Shown piece after piece: positions 43,281 through 53,831 of a stretch of DNA of 64,000 nucleotides. The stretch is from a virus (taxonomy: Duplodnaviria > Caudoviricetes): positions 238,582-302,581 of the IMG/VR virus record IMGVR_UViG_3300028591_000072; one strand, written 5' to 3'. The notes beneath the pieces are model-generated. The model was not told where the DNA came from and did not search any database. It saw only the letters and a program-made list of their open reading frames with translations. The stretch's first letter is position 1, and each line of letters opens with the position of its first letter. The position numbers and the translations under genes were made by a program.

Positions 43281-45173
43281 ATGAGTAAAATAATAGGAAT
43301 AGACCTCGGCTCTTGTTTAAGTGAGGTTGCAATAATGGAAGGAAATCAGCCAACTATTATTGTGAATGATGAAGGACACAGAACAACTCCATCCGTAATT
43401 TCTTTTTCAAAGGATGGCGAAAGAAAAGTTGGAGATGCCGCTAAAAGACAATCCGTTACTAACCCAAAAGGAACGGTTGTACTTATTAAGCGTTTTATGG
43501 GTAACACTTATGATGAAGTTAAAGAGGCAATTAAACATGTTCAATACGATGTTGTAAATTCAAATGGACAGCCAAGAATTAAAATTAATGACAAAGAATA
43601 CACGCCTGAAGAGTTGTCTGCAATGATTCTTACAAAGATGAAGACAACGGCTGAAAACTATCTTGGTGAAAAGGTAACAGATGCTGTTATTACCGTTCCC
43701 GCTTATTTTAACGATGCGCAAAGAGAGGCAACGAAGAAAGCCGGTGAAATTGCGGGTCTTAATGTAAGAAGAATTGTTGCAGAACCGACAGCTGCTATTT
43801 TGGCATCAAACATTGACATGAACAAGGGAGGTAAATACATGGTTGTTGACTATGGTGGTTCAACCCTTGACTTTTCAATTGCCGACATTTCAGATGGGGT
43901 TGTTGAAATAAAGGCTTCAAACGGCGATGTATATTGTGGTGGTAGTGACCTTGATAAGATTGTTTCTGATTATGTTGTTTCAGAATTCAAAAAGACCGAT
44001 GGTGTTGATTTGCACAAAGACCCAATGGCAATGCAAAGAATTCTTGAAGCCGTTGAAAAAGCAAAGATTGAACTTTCAAATTCAACATCAACTGAAATAA
44101 ATTTGCCATATATAACAGCTGTTGACAACAATCCAAAGCATCTTATTGTTACTCTTACAAAGGCAAAATTCGAATCATTGATTGACAATGAAATCCAAAA
44201 AGTAATTAATTTAGGAAAAGATGCTCTTGTAAAGGCGAATATGCAATCAAGTGAATTGGAAGGCATTCTTCTTGTCGGTGGTTCAACAAGAATTCCAAAA
44301 GTACAGGAAGAACTTACTAAAGCGTTTAATCGCCCATTGATTAAGAATGTAAATGTTGATGAAGTAGTTGCACTTGGTGCTGCTGTACAAGGGTCAATTA
44401 TTAGTGGAGAAAAAACAGATGTTTTGCTACTAGATGTTACTCCATTATCTCTTGGTATTGATACAATGGGAGGAGTTATGGCAAAAATCATTGAAGCAAA
44501 TACAACAATTCCTTGTAAAAGAAGTCAGATTTTCACAACGGCAGAAAATAATCAGCCGGCAGTGACTATTGTCGTTGCACAAGGTAATAGGCCAATGACA
44601 AAGGATAACAAGATGATTGGCATGTTTACTCTTGATGGAATTACGCCTGCGCCAAGAGGCGTTCCGCAAATTGAGGTTACGTTTGATATAGATACAAATG
44701 GAATCCTTTCAGTTTCTGCTCTTGATAAGGCAACCAATAAAGAACAGCACATCACAATTGAAAATTCTTCTTCACTTTCAGACGAAGATATTGAAAGAAT
44801 GAAGAAAGAGGCTGAAGAGCATGCTGAAGAAGATAAAAAAGAAATGGAAAGGGCTAATAAGATTAACGAGGCTGAAAGTTTTGCATTTATGATTGAAAAG
44901 TCGTTGGATGAAGTAAATGTTGAATCTTTAACTGACGATAAAAAGGAAGAGATTAAAACGGCAATTGGAAATCTGAGAGATGAAATCAAAAATGGTGATT
45001 TGGAAAAAATTGAAGAAAAGAAGAAGGAAGTTGAAAACCTTTGGAATCCAATAGCAGAAGAATTGTACAAATCATCTTCAAATAATGAAAACGGACAAGG
45101 ACAAAATTTTGAAGGCGGAAATCCATTTAGTGGGTTTACGGGAGATTTTACAAGCAATCCATTTGCTAAGTAA
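43281..45173 (+). CDS. dnaK: Hsp70 chaperone DnaK
   Basis: [48 protein letters not shown]. Confidence 0.97.
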   Translation: MSKIIGIDLGSCLSEVAIMEGNQPTIIVNDEGHRTTPSVISFSKDGERKVGDAAKRQSVTNPKGTVVLIKRFMGNTYDEVKEAIKHVQYDVVNSNGQPRIKINDKEYTPEELSAMILTKMKTTAENYLGEKVTDAVITVPAYFNDAQREATKKAGEIAGLNVRRIVAEPTAAILASNIDMNKGGKYMVVDYGGSTLDFSIADISDGVVEIKASNGDVYCGGSDLDKIVSDYVVSEFKKTDGVDLHKDPMAMQRILEAVEKAKIELSNSTSTEINLPYITAVDNNPKHLIVTLTKAKFESLIDNEIQKVINLGKDALVKANMQSSELEGILLVGGSTRIPKVQEELTKAFNRPLIKNVNVDEVVALGAAVQGSIISGEKTDVLLLDVTPLSLGIDTMGGVMAKIIEANTTIPCKRSQIFTTAENNQPAVTIVVAQGNRPMTKDNKMIGMFTLDGITPAPRGVPQIEVTFDIDTNGILSVSALDKATNKEQHITIENSSSLSDEDIERMKKEAEEHAEEDKKEMERANKINEAESFAFMIEKSLDEVNVESLTDDKKEEIKTAIGNLRDEIKNGDLEKIEEKKKEVENLWNPIAEELYKSSSNNENGQGQNFEGGNPFSGFTGDFTSNPFAK

Positions 45174-45258
45174 AAATCAATAGTTTTTTTAGATAAAAGG
45201 CAGCACAAAGTGTTGCCTTTTATTTTAGGAATTAATACTATTTATATAAAAACGATTT

Positions 45259-46791
45259 ATGCAAAAAAAGACATCAGAAGATTTTATAAAGAAGGCTATA
45301 GAAATCCATGGTAACAAATACGATTATTCGAAAGTGGAATATAAAGGAAATAAGACAAAAGTATGTATAATATGCCCTGAGCATGGAGAATTTTGGCAAA
45401 CGCCTTCAAATCATTATAAAAACGAATGCCCTTATTGTGCCGGGCATAAAATGGATACTGAAAATTTTATAAAAAAAGCAAGCATAATTCATAAGAATAA
45501 ATATGATTATTCTAAGACTGTTTATGTTAAAGATAAAGTAAAAGTATGCATAATTTGTCCCGAACATGGTGAATTTTATCAAGACCCAAATTCGCATCTG
45601 AATGGATGTGGATGCCCTGAGTGCTTTGGAGTTAAAAAATTAACAAAAGACGATTTTATAACTAGGGCAAAAAAAATCCATGGTAACAAATACGATTATT
45701 CGAAAGTAAATTATAATTCTTTTAACAAAAATGTAATTATAACATGTCCTAAACATGGTGATTTTTTACAAAAGCCTTCAAACCATCTTGATGGATGCGG
45801 GTGTCAAAAATGCGCAAATGAATCACGTGCAAGAATTAAGTCTGATTCATTTGAAAATTATATAAAAAAGGCGAAACAAACACATGGCGAAAAATATGAC
45901 TATTCAAAAGTAGTATATAAAAATGCAAAATCCAATGCGGAAAATGAAATTTTTGACTATATAAAAAGTATTATTAACTTAAAAATAATAAGAAATGCAA
46001 GAAACATAATACCACCTCAAGAAATTGATTTATATATTCCTGAATTAAAATTTGGAATAGAATATAATGGGTTATTATGGCATTCAGATAAATTTAAACA
46101 TGAAAGCAAATATCATTACAATAAAATGATAGAATGCCAAAAAAGAGGAATAAACCTAATACAAATTTTTGAGGATGAATATGTTAACAATAAAGAAATA
46201 GTTTTAAGCAAAATAAGGCACTTGCTATTAAAAGACAATGGCTCAAAAATATATGCAAGAAAAACAAAAATTAAAGAAATTACATATAAAGAATCTTCTG
46301 TTTTTTTGGAAAAAAACCATATACAAGGAAAATGTTCTTCGACTGTATATCTTGGCTGTTTTTACAATGAATGCTTAATTGGAGTGATGCTTTTTAAAAG
46401 AATAAAAGAAAAATATTGGCGTTTAGAAAGGTATGCGTCAGATATAGAACATATTTGCATTGGTGTCGCAGGCAAACTATTGAATCATTTTCTAAAAAAT
46501 TATGAAGTTGAAACAATAGACACATTTGCAGATAGAAGATGGACATTTAATGAAATTGACAATTTATATGTAAAATTAGGATTTAAATTTAATGGGTATG
46601 TTAAACCTGACTATTCATATTATATTCCACAAAAAGGGTTATTTCGTATTCATAAATTTAATTTAAGGAAAAAGCAAATGAATGCAAAATATGGCTTTCC
46701 TTCTTCAATGACAGAGGAAGAAATGCGAAAAAAAATAGGAGCCTATAAAATATGGAATTGTGGGCTAATAAAGTATACGTTTAATTTGTAA
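45259..46791 (+). CDS. Hef-like homing endonuclease with Zn-binding repeats and C-terminal acetyltransferase-like domain
   Basis: Three full and one partial repeat; EIDLYIP...GIEYNGLLWH; FLEKNHIQG...GVAGKLL...FADRRW...LY.KLGF. Confidence 0.8.
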   Translation: MQKKTSEDFIKKAIEIHGNKYDYSKVEYKGNKTKVCIICPEHGEFWQTPSNHYKNECPYCAGHKMDTENFIKKASIIHKNKYDYSKTVYVKDKVKVCIICPEHGEFYQDPNSHLNGCGCPECFGVKKLTKDDFITRAKKIHGNKYDYSKVNYNSFNKNVIITCPKHGDFLQKPSNHLDGCGCQKCANESRARIKSDSFENYIKKAKQTHGEKYDYSKVVYKNAKSNAENEIFDYIKSIINLKIIRNARNIIPPQEIDLYIPELKFGIEYNGLLWHSDKFKHESKYHYNKMIECQKRGINLIQIFEDEYVNNKEIVLSKIRHLLLKDNGSKIYARKTKIKEITYKESSVFLEKNHIQGKCSSTVYLGCFYNECLIGVMLFKRIKEKYWRLERYASDIEHICIGVAGKLLNHFLKNYEVETIDTFADRRWTFNEIDNLYVKLGFKFNGYVKPDYSYYIPQKGLFRIHKFNLRKKQMNAKYGFPSSMTEEEMRKKIGAYKIWNCGLIKYTFNL

Positions 46792-46852
46792 TTAAAAAGT
46801 CAGCCATATGGTTGGCTTTTTTGTTTTTGTCTATTTATACTAAAACAAAGCA

Positions 46853-47518
46853 ATGAACACTTTCAGATTTTTTACAGAAAAAAAAATACGTATAATTTGT
46901 TCCATAATTACTATTTTGATTTTTATGGCGATTGGGTTTTATCTTGGAAGAAAAACCGTTAATATAGAAAGCCCGCATACAGAAGTCATATATGTAAAAG
47001 GCGAAACAATAGTAGATTCAATACCATATCCAGTTCCATATGAAATAATTAAACCAGTGGATACGGCAGATATAATAAGACAATGTGTAAAAGACGGAAT
47101 ATATTCAGAATTGTTCCCCGAAAGGATAATAACAGAACACATTGAAATAATGAAAGAAGACACATCTGAAATAATTCTGGATTGGGGAACGAGAAGGTTA
47201 TATTCTGAACAAATTTTTGACATTGATACAGTTGGGAAATGCACTATTAATGCAAGCGTTCAATATAACAGGCTAACATTGCTTTCATACAATTATGTTC
47301 CAATAACGAAAACGACAACAATTATAGAATCACGAGTTAAGTTATTTAGTCCATATATTGGAGTTGGATTTTTATTTGATAAAGATATTTCAGATTATAT
47401 TCTGACAGCAAATGCAGGGTTTTTCATAAAAGAAAAATATGGAATTAATTTTCAATATGGAAACGTTCCCAAAACTAAAAATAATTTATATGGAATATCA
47501 TTTTTATATAAGTTTTAA
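46853..47518 (+). CDS. Membrane-anchored hypothetical protein
   Basis: N-terminal TM; C-terminal beta strands ending in YKF. Confidence 0.7.
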   Translation: MNTFRFFTEKKIRIICSIITILIFMAIGFYLGRKTVNIESPHTEVIYVKGETIVDSIPYPVPYEIIKPVDTADIIRQCVKDGIYSELFPERIITEHIEIMKEDTSEIILDWGTRRLYSEQIFDIDTVGKCTINASVQYNRLTLLSYNYVPITKTTTIIESRVKLFSPYIGVGFLFDKDISDYILTANAGFFIKEKYGINFQYGNVPKTKNNLYGISFLYKF

Positions 47519-47553
47519 TGCCATTTGACCTATTTATATAAAAAAATAGTGTT

Positions 47554-47868
47554 ATGTCCAAAAATAATGTAAAAAATGCTAAAAAGCCATTAGAAAAATT
47601 TAAGTCAAAAATAAATGAACTTGATGCCAATGGAAGAAAATGGATTGGATATGATGGCCTTTTGAACATGGAAACATTTGCTTTAATAACAATGTTTTTT
47701 ATGATTTTTTTTAATGCATATTTATCAGCTGGATTCAGCTTGATAATCGCACTTATAAAATGTTATACTGACAAAAAGAAAGGGCATTTAAACGAGAAGC
47801 ATGATATAATGTGTGCAGGAATTGGAATAGTTTTTGGATGCATAATTGGTCTTGCTCTTGCAATTTAA
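47554..47868 (+). CDS. Small membrane protein
   Basis: Two to three hydrophobic segments. Confidence 0.65.
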   Translation: MSKNNVKNAKKPLEKFKSKINELDANGRKWIGYDGLLNMETFALITMFFMIFFNAYLSAGFSLIIALIKCYTDKKKGHLNEKHDIMCAGIGIVFGCIIGLALAI

Positions 47869-47890
47869 TTACTTTTAAAAAACAAATTAA

Positions 47891-50800
47891 ATGGAAGAAA
47901 ATAGAAATGTTGGAATTCAGGGTCCAATGGGGCCTCAAGGCCCGTCAGGAAGAAATGGATGTGATGGAATCAATGGTGCACAAGGCTCAATGGGATATCA
48001 AGGTCCTAAAGGTGAAAAAGGTAGTCAAGGCCTTGTTGGAAATATAGGAAAACAGGGATATCAAGGATACCAAGGGAAAATTGGTTTTCAGGGGCCAATA
48101 GGCGTTGGTGAGCAAGGATATCAAGGTGTACAAGGAAAAACTGGTACACAAGGTTATCAAGGTTATCAAGGGCCAATTGGAAAAGGAGAACAGGGATATC
48201 AAGGAAATCAGGGCCTACAGGGATATCAGGGTAGACAAGGAAGAATTGGAGATTATGGCCCTATAGGACCACAAGGCTATCAGGGTTACCAAGGGACAAC
48301 TGGCCAACAGGGTAACCAAGGTAATCAAGGTAGGCAAGGCAGACAAGGATATCAAGGTCCGATAGGCCCACAGGGTAACCAAGGATGGCAGGGCTATCAT
48401 GGATGGCAAGGCTATCAAGGGCTAAATGGTCCACAGGGTAACCAAGGTAATCAAGGTAGGCAAGGCAGACAAGGATATCAAGGCCAGATAGGCCCACAGG
48501 GTAACCAAGGATGGCAGGGTTATCAAGGATACCAAGGAAAAACAGGTCCACAAGGAAGACAGGGTTATCAAGGTGCAATCGGAAAAGGAGAACAAGGATA
48601 TCAAGGTTACCAAGGGACTATAGGTATGCAAGGATTACAAGGACCAATTGGCTTACGTGGATATCAAGGAAGACAAGGATATAAAGGAGATGAAGGAAGT
48701 CAGGGATATCAAGGATACCAAGGAGTTATAGGTGCGCAAGGATTACAAGGTCGCCAAGGAACCATGGGTATGCAAGGATATCAAGGAGAAATTGGTTACC
48801 AAGGGCCTGAAGGAAATGTTGGATATCAGGGATATCAAGGCATTGAAGGAAAACAGGGTAGACAAGGACAAATTGGTTATCAAGGTCCCGAAGGAAGAGG
48901 TGAACAAGGTTATCAAGGTCCTGAAGGAAAACAGGGTAGACAAGGAAGAATAGGCTACCAAGGTCCCGAAGGAAGTCAGGGGCCAAAGGGTGATAGTGGA
49001 AACACTGGTCCAACAGGTAATATGGGGCCAACAGGGCCAACCGGAGCAGATGGGGCGACAGGGCCTGAAGGGGCAACAGGACCAATTGGACCAACTGGAA
49101 GTCAAGGTCCTCTAGGACCACAGGGCCCTGTAGGATATCAAGGACCGGCAAGCGATATAACAGGGCCTCAAGGATATCAAGGCCCAATAGGATATCAAGG
49201 GCCTATTGGATATCAAGGGCCTGCAAGTGATGTTCCGGGCCCACAAGGATATCAAGGGCCAATAGGATATCAAGGACCGGCAAGTGATATAACTGGTCCT
49301 CAAGGTTATCAAGGCCCTATTGGATACCAAGGGTCAAGAGGATATCAAGGGCCTGCAAGTGATATAACAGGCCCACAAGGATATCAAGGTCCAATAGGAT
49401 ATCAAGGACCACGTGGACTTATTGGCGCAACAGGAAATCCTGGTTCTCCAGGTATAACAGGTCCAACAGGACTTCAGGGATATCAAGGACCAAGAGGATT
49501 TCAAGGGGCGGCAAGTGACGTTCCTGGCCCAACCGGTTTTCAAGGATATCAAGGGCCAAGGGGATATGGTGACCAAGGGTATCAAGGAGTTCAAGGGCCA
49601 AAGGGTGAAACAGGCGGAATAGATAGTGCTCCAATAAGTACTATTTCAATTGGTGGTGTTTCTCCAATAAGCCAATATATGAACTTTTTTGCTCAAAATA
49701 GTGAGAATTACAATATACCTTCAGGTGATTTGATTATTAACGGACAAAATTACGGAAAGATACTGAAGTATACAAGTGGAGATATTAATGTTAGCGTGGA
49801 TACTAGCCCAGGAGAATTTGGATTTAATATTGAAGCCAATGATAACCAAAACTATTTAATTTCATCATCGCACGATTTCATAAATGCAACCGATGGAATT
49901 ACAATTGAACATGTTGAACATGATGGACAGCATACATATACTTTTAAAGGAAATGGATTAGATGGACACGGTTCTCAAGGTTACCAAGGTCCACAAGGTG
50001 CTGATGGAAATAATGGTGCTACTGGAGCACAAGGTTATCAAGGAGAACCTGGGGTCGGAGAAATTGGCCCACAAGGTTACCAAGGATATCAGGGTCCTCA
50101 AGGTGCTGATGGTACTGATGGCACAGACGGAGCACAAGGCTATCAAGGCTATCAAGGACCCGGAATAGAAGGTCATGCAGTTCCAATTAGTTATGTTGGT
50201 GAAAGTGTTCTTGCACATGTTTATGTCTCAGATATTGATGTACAACAGATTCTTCTTCATGATTCAGGAGAAGGAGGAAGTGGTCAACAAGGATACCAAG
50301 GTTATCAAGGTCCAGCCGGACCTCGTGGAAGAGATGCAACTGGTCCACAAGGTTATCAAGGTTACCAAGGCATAAATTCAAGATTTTTATACAGATTTAC
50401 AGATGTATTAAATGCATATAGTGATATGCTTTATGTAGTTGAATATTCTGATGAAGAAGCGCTTGGATTCAATCTTAACCATTTATACTTATATAAAGGC
50501 GGAGACCAACGTGAAATATCTAGTTACCATGATTTGGGCTCAATACTTGGTAGACAAGGTAATCAAGGCTATCAAGGCGCAAATGGACCTTCTGGATATG
50601 AAGCAAATTTGTTGGTGCATCATAATTCAGATGATACTTATGAAACCGCAGGAACAATTTATAGCACAACAAATGGGGATATCATAATAGAGGATTATAG
50701 TTCAAATGGTGGAGAAGGTATTGGGCCAAGAGGATATCAGGGATATCAGGGATATCAAGGAGCCCAAGGTTATCAGGGTCCGCAGGGTGCTGATGGCGCT

Positions 50801-53581
50801 GACGGAACACAAGGCTATCAAGGACCACAAGGTGCTGATGGTGCTAACGGAACACAAGGCTATCAAGGACCACAAGGTGCTGATGGCGCTGACGGAGCAC
50901 AAGGCTATCAAGGACCACAAGGTGCTGATGGCTCTGAGGGAGCACAAGGCTATCAAGGACCACAAGGTGCTGATGGCACTGACGGAGCACAAGGTTATCA
51001 AGGACCCGTAGGAACATTTACCGGAAATACAGCAACAGTTACAATTTATCACACATATAATGGAAATTCTGATACTTTTACAATATATGCGCCAGATACT
51101 CAGGAAGATATTACAATTTATGATTATTCAGGAGATTCAGAAAGTGGAGAACCAATTCCAGGCCCAAGAGGATATCAGGGATATCAAGGCTATCAAGGTC
51201 CAATAGGGCTACAAGGTAACCAGGGTAGACAAGGATACCAAGGGCCACAGGGCGCTTATGGAATTGATGGTGCTGACGGAGTACAAGGATATCAGGGTTA
51301 TCAGGGGCCTATAGGGGGACAGGGTAACCAAGGAAGACAAGGAAGACAAGGATATCAAGGAAGACAAGGATATCAAGGAAGACAAGGCTATCAAGGTCAC
51401 AAAGGTGATGATGGCAATGAAGGGGCTCAAGGCTATCAAGGTAGACAAGGCTATCAAGGACCACAGGGTGCCTATGGCGCTGATGGTGCTACCGGAGCAC
51501 AAGGTTATCAAGGTAGACAAGGTTATCAAGGCAGGCAAGGCTATCAAGGACCACAGGGTGCCTATGGCGCTGATGGTGCTACCGGAGCACAAGGTTATCA
51601 AGGTAGACAAGGTTATCAAGGCAGGCAAGGCTATCAAGGACCACAGGGTGCCTATGGTGCTGATGGTGCTACCGGAGCACAAGGTTATCAAGGTAGACAA
51701 GGCTATCAAGGACCACAGGGTGCCTATGGTGTTGATGGTGCTACCGGAGCACAAGGTTATCAAGGCAGGCAAGGCTATCAAGGACCACAGGGTGCCTATG
51801 GTGTTGATGGTGCTACCGGAGCACAAGGTTATCAAGGCAGGCAAGGCTATCAAGGACCACAGGGTGCCTATGGCGCTGATGGTGCTACCGGAGCACAAGG
51901 TTATCAAGGTAGACAAGGCTATCAAGGACCACAGGGTGCCTATGGTGTTGATGGTGCTACCGGAGCACAAGGTTATCAAGGCAGGCAAGGCTATCAAGGA
52001 CCACAGGGTGCCTATGGTGTTGATGGTGCTACCGGAGCACAAGGTTATCAAGGCAGGCAAGGCTATCAAGGACCACAGGGTGCCTATGGCGCTGATGGTG
52101 CTACCGGAGCACAAGGTTATCAAGGTAGACAAGGCTATCAAGGCAGGCAAGGCTATCAAGGCAGGCAAGGCTATCAAGGCAGACAAGGTTATCAAGGCAG
52201 ACAAGGCTATCAAGGATGGCAAGGACATAACTCAAGGGTTTTAACCAATGCTGGACGTGTTAATGTCCCATATAGTGATATGCTTTATAAAAGTCCATAC
52301 ATAGATGATTCTTTTTACTTTTCAGGAGTACAAAATTATCATTTGTATTTATATAGCGGTGGAAGTGCATCGTCAGCTAATAGTTACATTGATTTAGGCT
52401 CAATGCGTGGCCCACAAGGCCCAGCTGGTGATAGTGGTTCTGGACAATCTAATATCGCCCATATAACAGGAGATGACTTAGATATTATGTATCCATTATC
52501 AATGTCGGCTTTGACCGGGTATAGCAATTCTGGGTACACAACAAGTGCAATTGGGTTTACATACAACGGAAATGAACTTGTTAAAAACATTTATTCATCT
52601 GAAATATTGCATAAAATAGATGGGGCACAAGCAGAAATTACAAATCTTCCAATAATAAAATTTAAAGGTAGTAAAATTTATGTTGGAAAATATGAATATA
52701 GTGAACCACGAAATGTTGGTGAAGATATATCAGCGGCGACAGAATCAATTAGAAATACTGGAGAGTATAACTACACAAACAAAGAAACAACTTCATCAAC
52801 AAGAACACAAGTTAACGTTGGAGACAGGCTAACGACTTCAGATGGAGCAAATTATATTGTTAATCATGATGAATATGGACAATATCAAGTGGTTAAATCT
52901 TCTAAAAATGATTATGATTTTGATATTCAAGACGCAGGTGTTATATTTTATCCTAGTCAAAATTCGACAATAAACATAAAAAAGATTGGCTACTATGACG
53001 GATGTGAAATAGCAACATTGTGTAATTTAAGTGGCGTATGTGCGTCAACGATTAGTTATGTTGATGAGTTGTTTGAACACAGTCACACTGTATACCATGA
53101 AGATATAGCAGGTGACCTCGGTAATGTAGGATATGTATTGTTCTCACCAAATTTAGAATCTGAGGCAACAAGTGCTTGGACAACAAATAAAATATATGTT
53201 GATAATACTAATAATAGCACGCCATCAGTGTCATTTATGGATTATCGTGTAAATGCCACATATGGTTTTTATGAAACTTCCGATGCCAATTTAAAGACAT
53301 TTGGTAGTGATATTAATGTTGACTTTGAAAGTTTATTAAATATTCCAAAGAAATATTTTGTATGGAATGATGACAAATGCAATAAATTAAACATTGGTAC
53401 TTCAGCACAGGAAGTAATGAAATATTACCCTGAAATTGTTTCTGAAGATTCAAATGGAAAGTTAACTGTTGATTACGCAAAACTTTCAATAATAGCTCTT
53501 GCTGCAATTGATAAATTACATAAAGAGAATATAGAACTGAAAGAACGATTAAAACGAATCGAGGCAATATTAGGTTTATAA
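47891..53581 (+). CDS. Giant collagen-like tail fibre with C-terminal S74-type intramolecular chaperone
   Basis: Hundreds of G-X-Y triplets (GYQ/GPQ/GRQ); C-terminal TSDANLK...IGTSAQEV..YYPEIV...LTVDY + coiled coil. Confidence 0.9.
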   Translation: MEENRNVGIQGPMGPQGPSGRNGCDGINGAQGSMGYQGPKGEKGSQGLVGNIGKQGYQGYQGKIGFQGPIGVGEQGYQGVQGKTGTQGYQGYQGPIGKGEQGYQGNQGLQGYQGRQGRIGDYGPIGPQGYQGYQGTTGQQGNQGNQGRQGRQGYQGPIGPQGNQGWQGYHGWQGYQGLNGPQGNQGNQGRQGRQGYQGQIGPQGNQGWQGYQGYQGKTGPQGRQGYQGAIGKGEQGYQGYQGTIGMQGLQGPIGLRGYQGRQGYKGDEGSQGYQGYQGVIGAQGLQGRQGTMGMQGYQGEIGYQGPEGNVGYQGYQGIEGKQGRQGQIGYQGPEGRGEQGYQGPEGKQGRQGRIGYQGPEGSQGPKGDSGNTGPTGNMGPTGPTGADGATGPEGATGPIGPTGSQGPLGPQGPVGYQGPASDITGPQGYQGPIGYQGPIGYQGPASDVPGPQGYQGPIGYQGPASDITGPQGYQGPIGYQGSRGYQGPASDITGPQGYQGPIGYQGPRGLIGATGNPGSPGITGPTGLQGYQGPRGFQGAASDVPGPTGFQGYQGPRGYGDQGYQGVQGPKGETGGIDSAPISTISIGGVSPISQYMNFFAQNSENYNIPSGDLIINGQNYGKILKYTSGDINVSVDTSPGEFGFNIEANDNQNYLISSSHDFINATDGITIEHVEHDGQHTYTFKGNGLDGHGSQGYQGPQGADGNNGATGAQGYQGEPGVGEIGPQGYQGYQGPQGADGTDGTDGAQGYQGYQGPGIEGHAVPISYVGESVLAHVYVSDIDVQQILLHDSGEGGSGQQGYQGYQGPAGPRGRDATGPQGYQGYQGINSRFLYRFTDVLNAYSDMLYVVEYSDEEALGFNLNHLYLYKGGDQREISSYHDLGSILGRQGNQGYQGANGPSGYEANLLVHHNSDDTYETAGTIYSTTNGDIIIEDYSSNGGEGIGPRGYQGYQGYQGAQGYQGPQGADGADGTQGYQGPQGADGANGTQGYQGPQGADGADGAQGYQGPQGADGSEGAQGYQGPQGADGTDGAQGYQGPVGTFTGNTATVTIYHTYNGNSDTFTIYAPDTQEDITIYDYSGDSESGEPIPGPRGYQGYQGYQGPIGLQGNQGRQGYQGPQGAYGIDGADGVQGYQGYQGPIGGQGNQGRQGRQGYQGRQGYQGRQGYQGHKGDDGNEGAQGYQGRQGYQGPQGAYGADGATGAQGYQGRQGYQGRQGYQGPQGAYGADGATGAQGYQGRQGYQGRQGYQGPQGAYGADGATGAQGYQGRQGYQGPQGAYGVDGATGAQGYQGRQGYQGPQGAYGVDGATGAQGYQGRQGYQGPQGAYGADGATGAQGYQGRQGYQGPQGAYGVDGATGAQGYQGRQGYQGPQGAYGVDGATGAQGYQGRQGYQGPQGAYGADGATGAQGYQGRQGYQGRQGYQGRQGYQGRQGYQGRQGYQGWQGHNSRVLTNAGRVNVPYSDMLYKSPYIDDSFYFSGVQNYHLYLYSGGSASSANSYIDLGSMRGPQGPAGDSGSGQSNIAHITGDDLDIMYPLSMSALTGYSNSGYTTSAIGFTYNGNELVKNIYSSEILHKIDGAQAEITNLPIIKFKGSKIYVGKYEYSEPRNVGEDISAATESIRNTGEYNYTNKETTSSTRTQVNVGDRLTTSDGANYIVNHDEYGQYQVVKSSKNDYDFDIQDAGVIFYPSQNSTINIKKIGYYDGCEIATLCNLSGVCASTISYVDELFEHSHTVYHEDIAGDLGNVGYVLFSPNLESEATSAWTTNKIYVDNTNNSTPSVSFMDYRVNATYGFYETSDANLKTFGSDINVDFESLLNIPKKYFVWNDDKCNKLNIGTSAQEVMKYYPEIVSEDSNGKLTVDYAKLSIIALAAIDKLHKENIELKERLKRIEAILGL

Positions 53582-53584
53582 ATT

Positions 53585-53614
53585 AAAAAGGGAGGCATTA
53601 AGTCTCCCTTTTTT
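53585..53614. terminator. Bidirectional intrinsic terminator
   Basis: aaaaagggaggc-attaa-gtctccctttttt. Confidence 0.85.
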
Positions 53615-53622
53615 AATTAATA

Positions 53623-53805
53623 TTAAGGTATATCACTTTCTATTTCAAAAGAAATTTCATTTATATGTTTTTTTAATGCTTCAATTGCCGGCTTTATTTT
53701 TGTCAAATCATTTCCAAACTTTTCATGCAATGCTTTTTCTGTGTATTGTAGAAAAAGTTCCTTTAACTTGCTTTCTTTAATTTTTATTACTTTCTTATTA
53801 TTCAT
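53623..53805 (-). CDS. Small protein, possible internal head protein
   Basis: KKVIKIKESKLKEL N-terminus; ACTATTTAT upstream (53820-53828, minus). Confidence 0.65.
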   Translation of the reverse strand: MNNKKVIKIKESKLKELFLQYTEKALHEKFGNDLTKIKPAIEALKKHINEISFEIESDIP

Positions 53806-53831
53806 TTTTTCTTTTTTTTATAAATAGTAAT

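Noticed and set aside
47987-52244. Alternative-frame and antisense ORFs (including 339 aa and 279 aa) over the giant collagen gene
   Set aside because: Shadows of tandem repeats
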